DNA of 64,000 bases, taken from assembly GCA_905235435.1 (NCBI GenBank), contig CAJOLD010000009.1, positions 16,129-80,128 of the forward strand, given 5' to 3'. Both the position numbers and the translations under genes were made by a program. The DNA comes from an uncultured Lachnospiraceae bacterium. Its GTDB lineage: Bacteria; Bacillota; Clostridia; Lachnospirales; Lachnospiraceae. The notes below the pieces were generated by a model, which saw nothing but the letters and a program-made list of their open reading frames with translations, ran no database searches and was not told the DNA's origin. Position 1 is the first letter of the stretch; each line of letters starts with the position of its first letter. Shown piece after piece: positions 10,233 through 20,664 of the stretch.

Positions 10233-11784
10233 GGCACACCCTCCTGATCTCTTCCGGAGTCTGCTGCTCGATGCCAAGCATGTACTTGCCCATCAGTTCA
10301 TCGGACAGATCTCTTGTATCTTCAAAATATGCCGCGATCCTGCCGCCGCACATGATGATCAGACTGTCTGACAGCTCCATAACTTCGTTCAGGTCCGCGG
10401 ACACCAGAAGGACCGCGATGCCGGACCTGGACAGTTCGACGAGTTTCTTACGGATGAACTCCGTAGCGCCGACATCGATACCGCGCGTCGGCTGGTCGGC
10501 GATGATCAGCACGGGATCGTTGGAGAATTCCCTGGCGACGACCACCTTCTGGATATTGCCGCCGGAAAGGCTGCCGATCGTCTGGCCGGCGGATTTGCAG
10601 AGGACCGTGTAGTCCTTGACAAGCTGGTCGCTCATCTTGTGGATCTCGCTCATGTTGAACAGGATGCCTTTGTTCAGCTCTTTATTCGCCGTACGGTCGC
10701 TGATCAGGTTCTCCTCAATGGAGGCCGTCGCGGCGATGCCGTAGAGCATCCGGTCCTCGGGCACGAGGGAGATATGCCTCTCGCGGATCTCTCTCTGGTT
10801 GAGTCCGAGGATCTCCTCTCCGGAGACCTTGACGGAGCCGGCATTGGGCGTATTAAAGCCGAAGAGCATATCGACCAGCTCCTTCTGGCCGTTGCCTTCT
10901 ACGCCGGCGATGCCGAGGATCTCGCCCTTCCGCACGGAAAGGGAGACCTTGTCGAGCATCTTTTTGCCCCACTCGTTGATATACTCGAGATCCCGCACGC
11001 GCAGGACCTCTTCGCCGGGCTGCGCGGGCTCCTTCTCGACCTTCAGGACGACGTCGCGGCCGACCATCAGGCGGGAGATCTCCTCGGGGGTGACGTCCTT
11101 TGTATTGTAGATCCCCATGGAGCGGCCGCCGCGAAGGATCGTCATGCGGTCCGTGATCTCCATGATCTCGTTGAGCTTATGCGAAATGAAGATCATCGTA
11201 TAGCCCTGCTTCTTCAGGTTCTCAAGCTCGACGAAAAGCTCGGCGGTCTCCTGCGTCGTAAGGACGGCCGTAGGCTCGTCGAGGATGAGGATCTTCGCGC
11301 CGCGCACCAGGGCCTTTAAGATCTCGACCTTCTGTTTCATGCCGACGGGGATGTCCGCGACCCTGGCGTTCGCCTCAACGGGAAGATTGAATTTCTTTGA
11401 ATACTCTTCCGTGAGTGCGACTGCCTTCTTGTAGTCGATCAGCATTCCCGATTTTTTCGGTACCATGCCGAGGACCATATTCTCCGCGACCGTCAGGCTG
11501 GGCACGAGCATGAAGTGCTGGTGCACCATGCCGATCCCATGGGAAATGGCGACGGTAGGCGAAGAAAGGTTCACCGGCTCGCCGTTGACCAGGATCTCGC
11601 CGGACGTCGGCTGCTCCAGGCCAAACAGCATTTTCATGAGGGTGGATTTTCCGGCGCCGTTCTCTCCCATGAGCGCATGGATCTCACCCTTTTTTACATC
11701 GAAATTGACATCCTGGTTTGCCACGGTACCATTGGGATAAACCTTAGTGATGCCTTTCATCTGGATGACAAACTCTTCTCCCAT
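10225..11784 (-). CDS. CUT2 ABC ATP-binding protein (two NBDs)
   Basis: GENGAGKST, MVHQHFML, LDEPT, LSGGNIQK, QPTRGID. Confidence 0.92.
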   Translation of the reverse strand: MGEEFVIQMKGITKVYPNGTVANQDVNFDVKKGEIHALMGENGAGKSTLMKMLFGLEQPTSGEILVNGEPVNLSSPTVAISHGIGMVHQHFMLVPSLTVAENMVLGMVPKKSGMLIDYKKAVALTEEYSKKFNLPVEANARVADIPVGMKQKVEILKALVRGAKILILDEPTAVLTTQETAELFVELENLKKQGYTMIFISHKLNEIMEITDRMTILRGGRSMGIYNTKDVTPEEISRLMVGRDVVLKVEKEPAQPGEEVLRVRDLEYINEWGKKMLDKVSLSVRKGEILGIAGVEGNGQKELVDMLFGFNTPNAGSVKVSGEEILGLNQREIRERHISLVPEDRMLYGIAATASIEENLISDRTANKELNKGILFNMSEIHKMSDQLVKDYTVLCKSAGQTIGSLSGGNIQKVVVAREFSNDPVLIIADQPTRGIDVGATEFIRKKLVELSRSGIAVLLVSADLNEVMELSDSLIIMCGGRIAAYFEDTRDLSDELMGKYMLGIEQQTPEEIRRVCHE

Positions 11785-11824
11785 ATAGTTCTATCTCCGT
11801 TTCTTCCGGAAGGTTGTTCTCTCA

Positions 11825-11857
11825 GAAAAAGGGGAACTGTTAAAGTCCCCCTCTTTC
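11825..11857 (-). terminator. Hairpin after substrate-binding protein gene
   Basis: GAAAAAGGGGAAC..GTCCCCCTCTTTC inverted repeat giving a U-run on the minus strand. Confidence 0.6.
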
Positions 11858-11903
11858 ATCAGATCAGATCAAACTGCTTCAAAAGCACTGCCCGGATCGT
11901 ATA

Positions 11904-13001
11904 TTACGGACGGACCGAATCACGCAGAGCCTGCGCAGCCTCGTTGCCGCCTTCATCAAATGCGGACGGAACAACGATCTCGCCGGAAGCTACGCCGTCG
12001 ATGGCAGCCTGCACGGCAGCCTTGGTCTCGTCGCTTGCGTATTTGTCAAAGTTCTTGTCGGTCACGATGCCGACGCCGCCCTCGGTGATACCAAGGGAGA
12101 CCTTCGTTCCGAAGAGATCCTCACCGGCATCCCACTGATCAAAGAACCATACGAGGGAGTTGCCGACGTTCTTCAGGCCGGAGGTAAGGCAGATCGCCGC
12201 AAGGTCTTCGGAGAGGGTCAGCTCCTGGTCGGAGTCAACGCCGATGAACCAGCCGCCATCGGTCTCGAGGACTGCTTCCGCGGCGCCGTTGCCGGCATTG
12301 CCTGCCACGCCCCAGATGATATCGCACTTGGAGTCGTTGACCATGGAGATGCCGTACTCTTTCGCCTTTGCGGTATCAACATAGTCGGAGGTATAACGGA
12401 CGTCGACCTTGGTGTCGGGATCTACGGCCTGCGCGCCGGAGATGTAGCCGTCCATGAAGTCGTTGATGACGGGGCTGTCATAGCCGCCGACAAAACCGAT
12501 GACCTTGTCCTCGTTGATGCGCTCAACGTTCGTGTCCTGCGTCATGCAGGCAGCGAAGGTGCCTACGATGTAGCCGAGGTCGTTCTGCTTGTAAACGATG
12601 TTGACAACGTTGGCGTCCTCGCCGGCATAGGTGTCGTCATCGAAGATCAGGTATTTCTGATCCGGATACTGCTCCGCGACTTCCTTCAGGTAGTCGGGCA
12701 TCTGATAGGTGCCGCAGACGATCAGGTCATATTCCATACTGTCGGAAACTTCGTAGAGGGTCTCCAGCCATTTCGGCTGATCCTGCGCGGTGCCGCCAAG
12801 CTCGATCGTGTTGAGGCTGATGCGTCCGTCATTTTCCAGCTGCTCAAGGCCGGACTCTGCGGAATCGAAGAATGACTTGTCGCCGAGATTGCCGTTTACG
12901 ATGTAGCAGACATTGTAGGGATCAGCGAACGCGGTCATTGCCATAGCTGCAACTGCAACAGCGGAAAGGGCTGCCATCTTGATGAGTGTAGCATGCTTCA
13001 T
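11904..13001 (-). CDS. BMP/PnrA-family nucleoside ABC substrate-binding protein
   Basis: GNLGDKSFFDSA, IGFVGG, VAGNAGNG, IGVDSDQ, TSGLKNV; N-terminal signal peptide. Confidence 0.88.
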   Translation of the reverse strand: MKHATLIKMAALSAVAVAAMAMTAFADPYNVCYIVNGNLGDKSFFDSAESGLEQLENDGRISLNTIELGGTAQDQPKWLETLYEVSDSMEYDLIVCGTYQMPDYLKEVAEQYPDQKYLIFDDDTYAGEDANVVNIVYKQNDLGYIVGTFAACMTQDTNVERINEDKVIGFVGGYDSPVINDFMDGYISGAQAVDPDTKVDVRYTSDYVDTAKAKEYGISMVNDSKCDIIWGVAGNAGNGAAEAVLETDGGWFIGVDSDQELTLSEDLAAICLTSGLKNVGNSLVWFFDQWDAGEDLFGTKVSLGITEGGVGIVTDKNFDKYASDETKAAVQAAIDGVASGEIVVPSAFDEGGNEAAQALRDSVRP

Positions 13002-13187
13002 GTTCAGTTCCTCCTGTTATGATAATATAGTGTTTGTTAATGGGCGGCGGCCGGCCCCGGCGCTGTGGGAAGCGCCTTTTCCTCCCGGCCCCGCATTTCA
13101 TGTCTATAATACCATAAAGGGCACGTGCGCGCCACTCTTTTTAGTAAATTTTACACATAAACGGAGCGGCGGATACTAAAAAATAAT

Positions 13188-13224
13188 AAAAAAAGGCCTC
13201 CGCCGTCACACAGCGGAGGTCTTT
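13188..13224 (-). terminator. Intrinsic terminator
   Basis: A-run plus GGCCTCCGC..GCGGAGGTC stem downstream of the small minus-strand gene. Confidence 0.7.
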
Positions 13225-13244
13225 GCTTTACTCTTCCTTTATTC

Positions 13245-13496
13245 TTATTCGGAAAGGCCGCTCATATAATCATCCACGGCCGCGTAATCGACGGTATAGG
13301 TCGCTCCCGCCTGCTCTTCGGCTCCCTTGGAACCTTTGATACTGTAGTAAGCGGATACGCCCGCCCATCCGAAGATGATCACGCCGAACACGGCAAGACC
13401 GATGTTGACCAGGAGCTTTTCCCTCTTCTGGCGCTTCATGATCTTCTCGCGGTTGCGTTTCTGTTCCTTATAGGCATCTACTTTTTCCTGGCTCAT
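13245..13496 (-). CDS. Small conserved hypothetical single-pass membrane protein
   Basis: MSQEKVDAYKEQKRNREK basic N-terminus, one TM segment; RBS AAGGAG. Confidence 0.75.
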   Translation of the reverse strand: MSQEKVDAYKEQKRNREKIMKRQKREKLLVNIGLAVFGVIIFGWAGVSAYYSIKGSKGAEEQAGATYTVDYAAVDDYMSGLSE

Positions 13497-13657
13497 AACA
13501 ATTCTCTCCTTCACAGGGCCTTAGGGCCCCTTATTCATCAGCTTTTTCTATTATACACAACTGATGGAAAAATTCAATCTTTTTATTCCTTGCAAAAGCG
13601 CCGATTTGCGTTTACTATAATTCAGATGAAAAGCGGTCAGCCCGAAAGGAGGAAGCG

Positions 13658-14167
13658 GTGCAGGCATTTTTGATCGATGCGCAGAAGGAATTCATGTCGG
13701 CGCTCCTTGCCGGCACTTCTTTTGATTCATTTATCGTCTGCAGCGTGCAGGTGACGACGTTTACGACCTTTACGGTAGACGGGTCCTGGCACCCGGAATT
13801 TGCCGGAGCCTCCGCCGAAGATCAGGAGGCAGGCGAAAAGCCCGAATCCTCCTCTCTCACCTGGCGCATGGTAAGGCCCGCCATCTATTCCCTCATCCGC
13901 GGAAAGACACCGCCGCTCCAGATCAAAGCGGTCCTCCGCCTCTCGGATGAGAACACACAGAAAGTGCTCGCGCAGGCAGGCCTGCCTTTAAGCCCGCAGG
14001 ATGTCACGGGACTCTATCTGAACATCCTCTATGACAGAGAAAAGATCACACTGACAGCCGGCACCTCTCTGCGCGTATTTACGCCTGACCGTACCCTGGA
14101 TCAGGTCTGGGGCGACCTGACCGGCAAATTTCTTTCGAAGCTTCAGATCACATACGAAAAGATCTGA
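13658..14167 (+). CDS. Conserved hypothetical protein (DUF5721-like)
   Basis: GTG start after AAGGAGG; FMSALL..FDSF, TFTVDG, IRGKTPP, FTPDRTLD pattern recalled from Clostridia proteins. Confidence 0.7.
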   Translation: MQAFLIDAQKEFMSALLAGTSFDSFIVCSVQVTTFTTFTVDGSWHPEFAGASAEDQEAGEKPESSSLTWRMVRPAIYSLIRGKTPPLQIKAVLRLSDENTQKVLAQAGLPLSPQDVTGLYLNILYDREKITLTAGTSLRVFTPDRTLDQVWGDLTGKFLSKLQITYEKI

Positions 14168-14218
14168 GATCAAATTTGTCAGCACTCACTATTTTTGAAC
14201 CGGAGGGATGAAATCAAA

Positions 14219-16267
14219 ATGAAGAAGACCGGAAACCTTTCAATCAACAACGACAACATTTTTGCAGTCATCAAAAAGTGGCTGTATTCAGATCATGACA
14301 TCTTTGTCCGTGAGATCGTATCAAACGGCTGCGACGCCATCACCAAACTCCACAAGCTGGATGTTATCGGCGAATACACCTTCCCCGAGGGTCACAAGGA
14401 CCGCATCGACGTGGTCGTGGATCCCGAGAACAAGACGCTCACCTTCACTGATAACGGCATCGGCATGACCGCCGGGGAGGTCGAGGAATACATTACCCAG
14501 GTCGCCTTCTCGGGCGCCGAGGCTTTCCTTGAGAAATACAAGGACAAAGCGACCGGCGATGAGATCATCGGCCATTTCGGACTCGGCTTCTACTCTGTCT
14601 TTATGGTCGCCGACGAGGTCGAGATCAACACCCTCTCCTGGCAGGAAGGCGCCAAAGCGGTACACTGGACCTGCGACGGCTCCTCCGAGTACACGATGGA
14701 CGACTCCGACCGCACCGGGATCGGTACCGAGATCATCCTGCACCTTTCCGAAAACTGCCTGGAGTTCGCGAATGAATACCGTGTGCGCGAAGTACTGGAG
14801 AAATACTGCTCCTTCATGCCGGTGGAGATCTACCTCTCCAAGGCGCGCGCTCCGCAGGAATATGAGACGATCGACGCGGAAGATCTGCGCGATGACGATG
14901 TCGTCGCAGAGCGCATCCATGAGGAGGCGAAGACCGAAGAGCGGGAAAACGAAGACGGCACAAAAGAGACCGTGGAGATCTCCCCCGCCAGGGACCGCGT
15001 CAAAATCAACAAGCGCGAAGTCTCCATCAGCGACACGCAGCCGCTCTGGAACAAGCATCCGAATGACTGCACCGAGGAGGAATACCGCGGCTTCTACCGC
15101 AAGGTCTTTATGGACTACAAGGAGCCGCTCTTCTGGATCCACCTGAATATGGACTATCCGTTCCGCATGAAGGGCATCCTCTACTTCCCGCGCATCAACA
15201 CGGAATATGATTCCATCGAGGGGACCATCAAGCTGTACAACAACCAGGTCTTCATCGCGGACAACATTAAGGAAGTCATCCCCGAGTACCTGATGCTCCT
15301 CAAGGGCGTCATCGACTGCCCGGACTTCCCGCTGAACGTCTCCAGAAGCGCGCTGCAGAACGACGGCTTCGTAAAGAAGATGTCCGATTACATCTCCAAG
15401 AAGGTCGCCGACAAGCTCTCCGGCATGTGTAAGACAGACCGCGAAAATTACGAGAAATACTGGGATGATATCAGCCCCTTCATCGAATACGGCTGCCTGA
15501 AGGACGACAAGTTCAGCGAAAGAATGTTTGATTACGTCCTCTTCAAGGACCTTGACGGCCAGTACAAGACGCTCGAAGAGCTCGCCCCGAAGAAGGAAGA
15601 AGAGAAAAAGGAAGAAGAGAAAAAGGAAGCAGAGGCAGCGGAAGCAGGGGAAACGGAAGAAGAACCTGAAAAGACGGTCATCTACTACGTTACGGATGAG
15701 CAGCAGCAGAGCCAGTACATCCGCATGTTCCGTGAGCAGGGAATGAACGCCGTCATCCTCCGCCACAACATCGACCAGCCCTTCATCACCCATATGGAGC
15801 AAAAGAGGGACGACCTGAAGTTCCGGCGCATCGACGCGGACATCAGCGAATCGCTGAGCGAAGACGCGGGCGAGGATCTGAAGGAGTCCGAGGAAAAGCT
15901 GACCGCGCTGTTTAAAGACGCCCTCGGGATGGAAGAACTGACCGTTTCCGTCAAAAGGCTGAAGGATGAATCAGTCGCCTCCATGATGGTCCTCTCTGAA
16001 GAGAACCGCAGGATGCAGGATATGCTCAAAATGTACGGGATGTCTGAGATGGACCTCTACGGCATGGGCGGCACGGGCACGCTGGTCCTCAACGCGAACA
16101 GCCCGCTCGTAAAAGTTCTCCTTGAGAACGACGAATCCGAGATGACCCCGGTCGTCTGCAGACAGCTCTACGATCTCGCGCTGCTGGCCCACAAGCCTCT
16201 CTCTCCCGAGGAGATGACCGGCTTTATCGCGCGCAGCAATGAGATCCTGCTGAAAGTTCTGGGATAA
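14219..16267 (+). CDS. htpG: Molecular chaperone HtpG (Hsp90)
   Basis: LYSDHDIFVREIVSNGCDA, DNGIGM, IGHFGLGFYS, PLNVSRS. Confidence 0.95.
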   Translation: MKKTGNLSINNDNIFAVIKKWLYSDHDIFVREIVSNGCDAITKLHKLDVIGEYTFPEGHKDRIDVVVDPENKTLTFTDNGIGMTAGEVEEYITQVAFSGAEAFLEKYKDKATGDEIIGHFGLGFYSVFMVADEVEINTLSWQEGAKAVHWTCDGSSEYTMDDSDRTGIGTEIILHLSENCLEFANEYRVREVLEKYCSFMPVEIYLSKARAPQEYETIDAEDLRDDDVVAERIHEEAKTEERENEDGTKETVEISPARDRVKINKREVSISDTQPLWNKHPNDCTEEEYRGFYRKVFMDYKEPLFWIHLNMDYPFRMKGILYFPRINTEYDSIEGTIKLYNNQVFIADNIKEVIPEYLMLLKGVIDCPDFPLNVSRSALQNDGFVKKMSDYISKKVADKLSGMCKTDRENYEKYWDDISPFIEYGCLKDDKFSERMFDYVLFKDLDGQYKTLEELAPKKEEEKKEEEKKEAEAAEAGETEEEPEKTVIYYVTDEQQQSQYIRMFREQGMNAVILRHNIDQPFITHMEQKRDDLKFRRIDADISESLSEDAGEDLKESEEKLTALFKDALGMEELTVSVKRLKDESVASMMVLSEENRRMQDMLKMYGMSEMDLYGMGGTGTLVLNANSPLVKVLLENDESEMTPVVCRQLYDLALLAHKPLSPEEMTGFIARSNEILLKVLG

Positions 16268-16330
16268 CTAATCAAAGAAGTGATATAATACAAAATGAAC
16301 CAATGATCACAGCTCACCGGAGGGAATGAA

Positions 16331-17044
16331 ATGAGCCGAAAGGAACGGAGCTTCGGAATCTCGGCAAGCACGCTTAAGCTGTTTGCAGTCTTTTCAATGC
16401 TGGTAGACCATACCGGCGCGACCGTCATCTATACGCTCTGCTCTTCCCCCGCGGTCAGGGCTGACGCGAGGCTCTACAATACCCTGGTCCGCCTGTACAG
16501 CATGATGCGCGCTTTCGGACGCCTCGCCTTCCCCATCTACTGCTTCTTTATCGTGGAGGGCTTTCTCCACACCCGCAGCGCCGCGAAGTACGCGGAGCGT
16601 CTTTTCATTTTCGCGCTGATCTCGGAGATCCCGTTTGATTTTGCCCTCAAAAGGAACTGGTTCTATCCCTCCAAGCAGAATGTGTACTTCACGCTCCTCT
16701 TCGGCCTTCTTGCCATCTGGGGCTTTGCCGCCTGTGAGGGGACGGAGACCATACAGCTGCTTGTCATGGTCGCGGCGATGCAGATCGCCACGCTGATGAA
16801 TACCGACTACGGGATGCGCGGGGTGTTCCTCATCGAGATCCTTTATATTCTCCGCCATTCAAAGCTGTATCAGTGCATCGGCGGAGCCGCTGTCATCTCC
16901 TGGGAGAGATGGGCGCCGCTCTCCTTCATTCCCCTCTACTTCTACAACGGGAAGAGGGGACTTCGGCTGAAGTATTTCTTCTATGCGTTCTATCCTGTCC
17001 ACCTTCTGATCCTGGGCATTCTCAAGCGCTGCGTCAAACTCTGA
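16331..17044 (+). CDS. TraX-family membrane protein
   Basis: LKLFAVFSMLVDH, GRLAFPIYCF..EGF.HT, ALISEIPFD, YNGKRG, FFYAFYPVHL. Confidence 0.82.
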   Translation: MSRKERSFGISASTLKLFAVFSMLVDHTGATVIYTLCSSPAVRADARLYNTLVRLYSMMRAFGRLAFPIYCFFIVEGFLHTRSAAKYAERLFIFALISEIPFDFALKRNWFYPSKQNVYFTLLFGLLAIWGFAACEGTETIQLLVMVAAMQIATLMNTDYGMRGVFLIEILYILRHSKLYQCIGGAAVISWERWAPLSFIPLYFYNGKRGLRLKYFFYAFYPVHLLILGILKRCVKL

Positions 17045-17049
17045 GAATA

Positions 17050-17304
17050 TCAGCCCTCTACCAGCAGGAATCTGCCGTCCGGAAGCGGAAAGACTTCCGC
17101 CGATTCCCTGATCTCCTGATCCGACATTCCCGGGTCATAATTCTGTTTGAAATATTTGCGCAGCTCCGCGAAGGATGAAAACACCTGTGCCATGCAGTCC
17201 TCAAGGAACCACGCGGCCTCCTCCTCATTATCCGCCACCGGCTCATCAAACAGCTGATCCTGCTTTGCAAGAAATGTCTGAACCGTCATCTCATCGTACT
17301 CCAT
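17050..17304 (-). CDS. Small acidic conserved hypothetical protein
   Basis: 84-aa ORF with RBS; FLAKQDQLFDEPVA..FLEDCMA..EVFPLPDGRFLLVEG; co-directional with glnS. Confidence 0.75.
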   Translation of the reverse strand: MEYDEMTVQTFLAKQDQLFDEPVADNEEEAAWFLEDCMAQVFSSFAELRKYFKQNYDPGMSDQEIRESAEVFPLPDGRFLLVEG

Positions 17305-17320
17305 CGTCTTCCCCCTTCTT

Positions 17321-17908
17321 TTATTCCCGGGTCATATGCTCCCGCATGATCTCATGGAACTGGCTCCCGCATCTTTCCACTTCGCCGAGCACGGTATCGA
17401 TCCCTTCCGGAGAAGCCGTCCAGCTCTCCCTGGAGATGCCCTTTGTCACTGCAGGGCAGACGAGGATCTCCGTCTCCGGAAACTGTTCCCTGTAATACAG
17501 CAGGGCCCGCCTCGCGTGGAAAGCCTGGCAGCAGAGGATGGCGCGGGCGGGGATCATCCCCTTCTCTTCCAGCAGCTCCCTGGTAAACATGGCATTCTGA
17601 TAGGTGTACTGCGCCCTCTCCTCCAAAAGAAGCGCCTCCGCCGGCACGCCGCTTCGGGCAAGAAGATCCGCCAGATAAGCGCACTCTGTATCAAAGCCGG
17701 CTGCCCTGGCCGGGCCGGCAACTTCCCCGTTCAGGATGCTGCAGCGGCCGGATATGGCGATCCGTGGCGCATAGCCTTCGCCGAAAAGCGCCGCGGCCCG
17801 CAGAGCGGGACCGTCCTCCGGTCCGCCGGGAAGAAAAATGAGCTCAGCTTTCGCAGGCTCATTTTCCACAAAGATAAAATCTGTAATGCTCTGATAAAAC
17901 GGTCCCAT
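17321..17908 (-). CDS. YdcF/DUF218-family protein
   Basis: GVPAEALLLEERAQYTYQNA and FHARRA motifs. Confidence 0.82.
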   Translation of the reverse strand: MGPFYQSITDFIFVENEPAKAELIFLPGGPEDGPALRAAALFGEGYAPRIAISGRCSILNGEVAGPARAAGFDTECAYLADLLARSGVPAEALLLEERAQYTYQNAMFTRELLEEKGMIPARAILCCQAFHARRALLYYREQFPETEILVCPAVTKGISRESWTASPEGIDTVLGEVERCGSQFHEIMREHMTRE

Positions 17909-17919
17909 CCGGTCCTCCG

Positions 17920-19584
17920 TCAGTCCTTCGGAAGCTTGAAGGAGCTCTTAAGGGAAACGATGCGGTTGAACACCGGCGCGCCGGGCTTTGAATCCTTCGC
18001 GTCCGCGCAGAAGAAACCGGTCCTCACGAACTGGAAGCTGTCATACGCCTTCGCCTCAAGCAGCGCCGGCTCCACGATGCAGTCCTCAAGGACGGTCAGG
18101 GAGTTCGGATTGAGGTTCAGGGAGCCGTCCTCGTTATAGACGCCCTTCTCCTCATCCACGATGTTCTCGTACAGACGCACCGTCGCGCGGCCCGCGGTCT
18201 TTGCCGCGACCCAGTGGATGGTCCCCTTGACCTTGCGCCCGGTAAAACCGGAGCCGCTCTTTGTCTCGGGATCGTAGGTGCAGTGCACTTTTGTGATATT
18301 GCCTTCCTCGTCCTTCTCAAAGCCGGTGCAGGTCACGAAGTAGGCGCCCATCAGGCGTACCTCATTGCCCGGGAACAGGCGGAAGTACTTTTTGGGCGGC
18401 TCCTCCATAAAGTCGTCCCGGTTGATGAAAAGCTCCCTGCCGAAGGGCACCTTCCTGGTGCCGAGCTCCGGATTCTCGAGGTTGTTCTCGATCTCGAGCT
18501 CTTCCATCTGATCCTCGGGATAATTGTCGATGACAAGGGGAAGCGGATCCAGCACGGCCATCATACGCGGCCTCTTCATCTTCAGGTCCTCGCGGATGCA
18601 GTACTCCAGCATCGCGTAGTCAGCGGAGCTCTGCGCCTTGCTGACGCCGCACAGATCCACGAACATGCGGATGGATTCCGGCGTGAAGCCGCGGCGTCTG
18701 AGCGCGGCGATGGAGACCAGGCGCGGATCGTCCCAGCCGTCCACGATGCCCTCTTCGACCAGCTTTTTGATATACCGCTTGCCCGTAACGACATTCGTCA
18801 GATACATCTTCGCGAATTCGATCTGCTTGGGCGGATGCGGATATTCCAGCTCGCGCACGACCCAGTCGTAAAGGGGCCTGTGGTCCTCGAACTCCAGGGT
18901 GCAGATCGAATGGGTCACGCCCTCGATGGCGTCCTCGATCGGATGAGCGAAATCATACATCGGATAGATGCACCACTGATCGCCCGTATTCTGGTGCGAA
19001 AGGTGCGCGACTCTGTAGATGACGGGATCGCGCATGTTCATATTCGGGGAAGCCATATCGATCTTCGCGCGCAGGACCTTCGATCCGTCGGGGTAGATTC
19101 CCTGCTTCATCTCTTCAAAGAGAGCGAGGTTCTCCTCCACGGAGCGGTTCCTGTAGGGGCTTTCCTTACCGGGCTCGGTGAGCGTTCCCCTGTAGGCGCG
19201 GATCTCCTCCGCCGTCAGGTCGCAGACATAGGCTTTTCCCTTTTTGATCAGCCTGACAGCGGCCTCGTACATCTGCGGGAAATAATTCGACGCGTAAAAG
19301 AGGCGGCCCTCATAGTCCGCGCCGAGCCACTCCACATCCTTGATGATGGATTCGACGAACTCGGATTTTTCCTTGGTCGGATTGGTGTCGTCAAAGCGGA
19401 GATTGAACTTTCCGCCGTACTCCTGCGCAAGACCGTAATTCAAAAGGATGGACTTCGCGTGTCCGATATGCAGATAACCGTTCGGTTCCGGCGGGAATCT
19501 GGTGCATACGGTCTCGCAATTGCCCTCCGCGATATCTTTATCAATGATCTGTTCAATAAAATTTTTTCCTGTGTTCTCTTCCAT
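17920..19584 (-). CDS. glnS: Glutamine--tRNA ligase
   Basis: [49 protein letters not shown]. Confidence 0.96.
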   Translation of the reverse strand: MEENTGKNFIEQIIDKDIAEGNCETVCTRFPPEPNGYLHIGHAKSILLNYGLAQEYGGKFNLRFDDTNPTKEKSEFVESIIKDVEWLGADYEGRLFYASNYFPQMYEAAVRLIKKGKAYVCDLTAEEIRAYRGTLTEPGKESPYRNRSVEENLALFEEMKQGIYPDGSKVLRAKIDMASPNMNMRDPVIYRVAHLSHQNTGDQWCIYPMYDFAHPIEDAIEGVTHSICTLEFEDHRPLYDWVVRELEYPHPPKQIEFAKMYLTNVVTGKRYIKKLVEEGIVDGWDDPRLVSIAALRRRGFTPESIRMFVDLCGVSKAQSSADYAMLEYCIREDLKMKRPRMMAVLDPLPLVIDNYPEDQMEELEIENNLENPELGTRKVPFGRELFINRDDFMEEPPKKYFRLFPGNEVRLMGAYFVTCTGFEKDEEGNITKVHCTYDPETKSGSGFTGRKVKGTIHWVAAKTAGRATVRLYENIVDEEKGVYNEDGSLNLNPNSLTVLEDCIVEPALLEAKAYDSFQFVRTGFFCADAKDSKPGAPVFNRIVSLKSSFKLPKD

Positions 19585-19712
19585 CTTTCAAACGTCCTCC
19601 GGCATTCTCCTGATTTCTCATATACGCACACAATCCTAACATAAAAGTTAAGAAAAGACAACATTGTACAGGTTCGGAAAAACTGGTAAACTTTTATGGG
19701 AGGTTGCAGGCT

Positions 19713-20627
19713 ATGTACTATTTCATCGTAAATCCGTCTTCCCGCTCGGGAAAAGGTCTTCGGATCTGGAACCGCGTCGAAGAGGTGCTGAGGGAAAAAA
19801 ACGTCGAATATGAAGCGATCATGCTGGATGGGCCCGGAGACGCGGCCCGCGCTGCGGCATCTCTTGCTTCGCGCACTCCCTGCACCGCCGTGCTGCTTGG
19901 CGGCGACGGCACCGTAAACGAATTTATCAACGGCCTCACAAGCTTTGAAGGCATCACCTTCGGCTACATCCCGACCGGTTCAGGCAACGATTTCGGCCGC
20001 GGCATGCACCTTCCCTCAAGACCCATGGATGCGCTGGAGATCATCCTCTCCCCGGACAGGACCCGGGATGTGAACATCGGCTGCGTCTCCTCCGGGGACC
20101 GGAAGCGATACTTTGCCGTGAGCTCCGGCATCGGCTATGATGCCGCTGTCTGCTACGCGGTCGAGAACGCGCCGGGCAAACAGGCGATGAACGCCCTCCA
20201 TCTCGGGAAATTCGTCTATCTCTTTCACGCCCTGCGTCTGCTGCTTACCATCGACCCCTTCGAGGTAAAACTCGTCACCGATGAAGGTGAGCTGGTCACC
20301 TACGACAAAGTCTGGTTCGCGGCCGCCATGAATACAAAATATGAGGGCGGCGGCTTCATGTTCTGCCCGAAGGCAAGCCCCGTGGACAACTACCTGGATC
20401 TGATCCTCGCCGAGGGGATCAGCCGCCGGAAGATCCTCTTCCTGCTCCCGGCCGCATTCTTCGGCAGGCACGCGGGCAAAAAGGGCATCCATATCACGCG
20501 GTGCCGCAGGGCTGTTTTCAGGGCCGACAGGGACTGCTGCATCCATACAGACGGTGAGCACTTCGGGTTTGAAAATAAGATCACCTTCGAAGTCCTCCCG
20601 CAGAAGCTGAATATGATCGTGGACTGA
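19713..20627 (+). CDS. Diacylglycerol/lipid kinase family (YegS/BmrU-like)
   Basis: IVNPSS, GGDGTVNE, PTGSGNDF, YEGGG, HTDGE. Confidence 0.88.
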   Translation: MYYFIVNPSSRSGKGLRIWNRVEEVLREKNVEYEAIMLDGPGDAARAAASLASRTPCTAVLLGGDGTVNEFINGLTSFEGITFGYIPTGSGNDFGRGMHLPSRPMDALEIILSPDRTRDVNIGCVSSGDRKRYFAVSSGIGYDAAVCYAVENAPGKQAMNALHLGKFVYLFHALRLLLTIDPFEVKLVTDEGELVTYDKVWFAAAMNTKYEGGGFMFCPKASPVDNYLDLILAEGISRRKILFLLPAAFFGRHAGKKGIHITRCRRAVFRADRDCCIHTDGEHFGFENKITFEVLPQKLNMIVD

Positions 20628-20664
20628 GCCGGCGGCCCAGTCCACTTTTTTTGTTTTACCTTAT

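Noticed and set aside
13002..13200. Purine riboswitch upstream of the nucleoside transporter
   Set aside because: Conserved core (TATAAT..ATATGG..GTTTCTACC) not found on the minus strand.
14179..14205. CIRCE-like half site TCAGCACTC upstream of htpG
   Set aside because: The second arm (GAGTGCTAA after 9 nt) is absent (reads GAACCGGAG), so HrcA control cannot be claimed.
15590..15635. 15-bp purine-rich tandem repeat in htpG
   Set aside because: In-frame KKEEE low-complexity linker; not a CRISPR array or phase-variable tract.
16331..17044. TraX-family gene as a sign of a conjugative element
   Set aside because: Stand-alone TraX-like genes are common on chromosomes; no relaxase, T4SS or integrase nearby.
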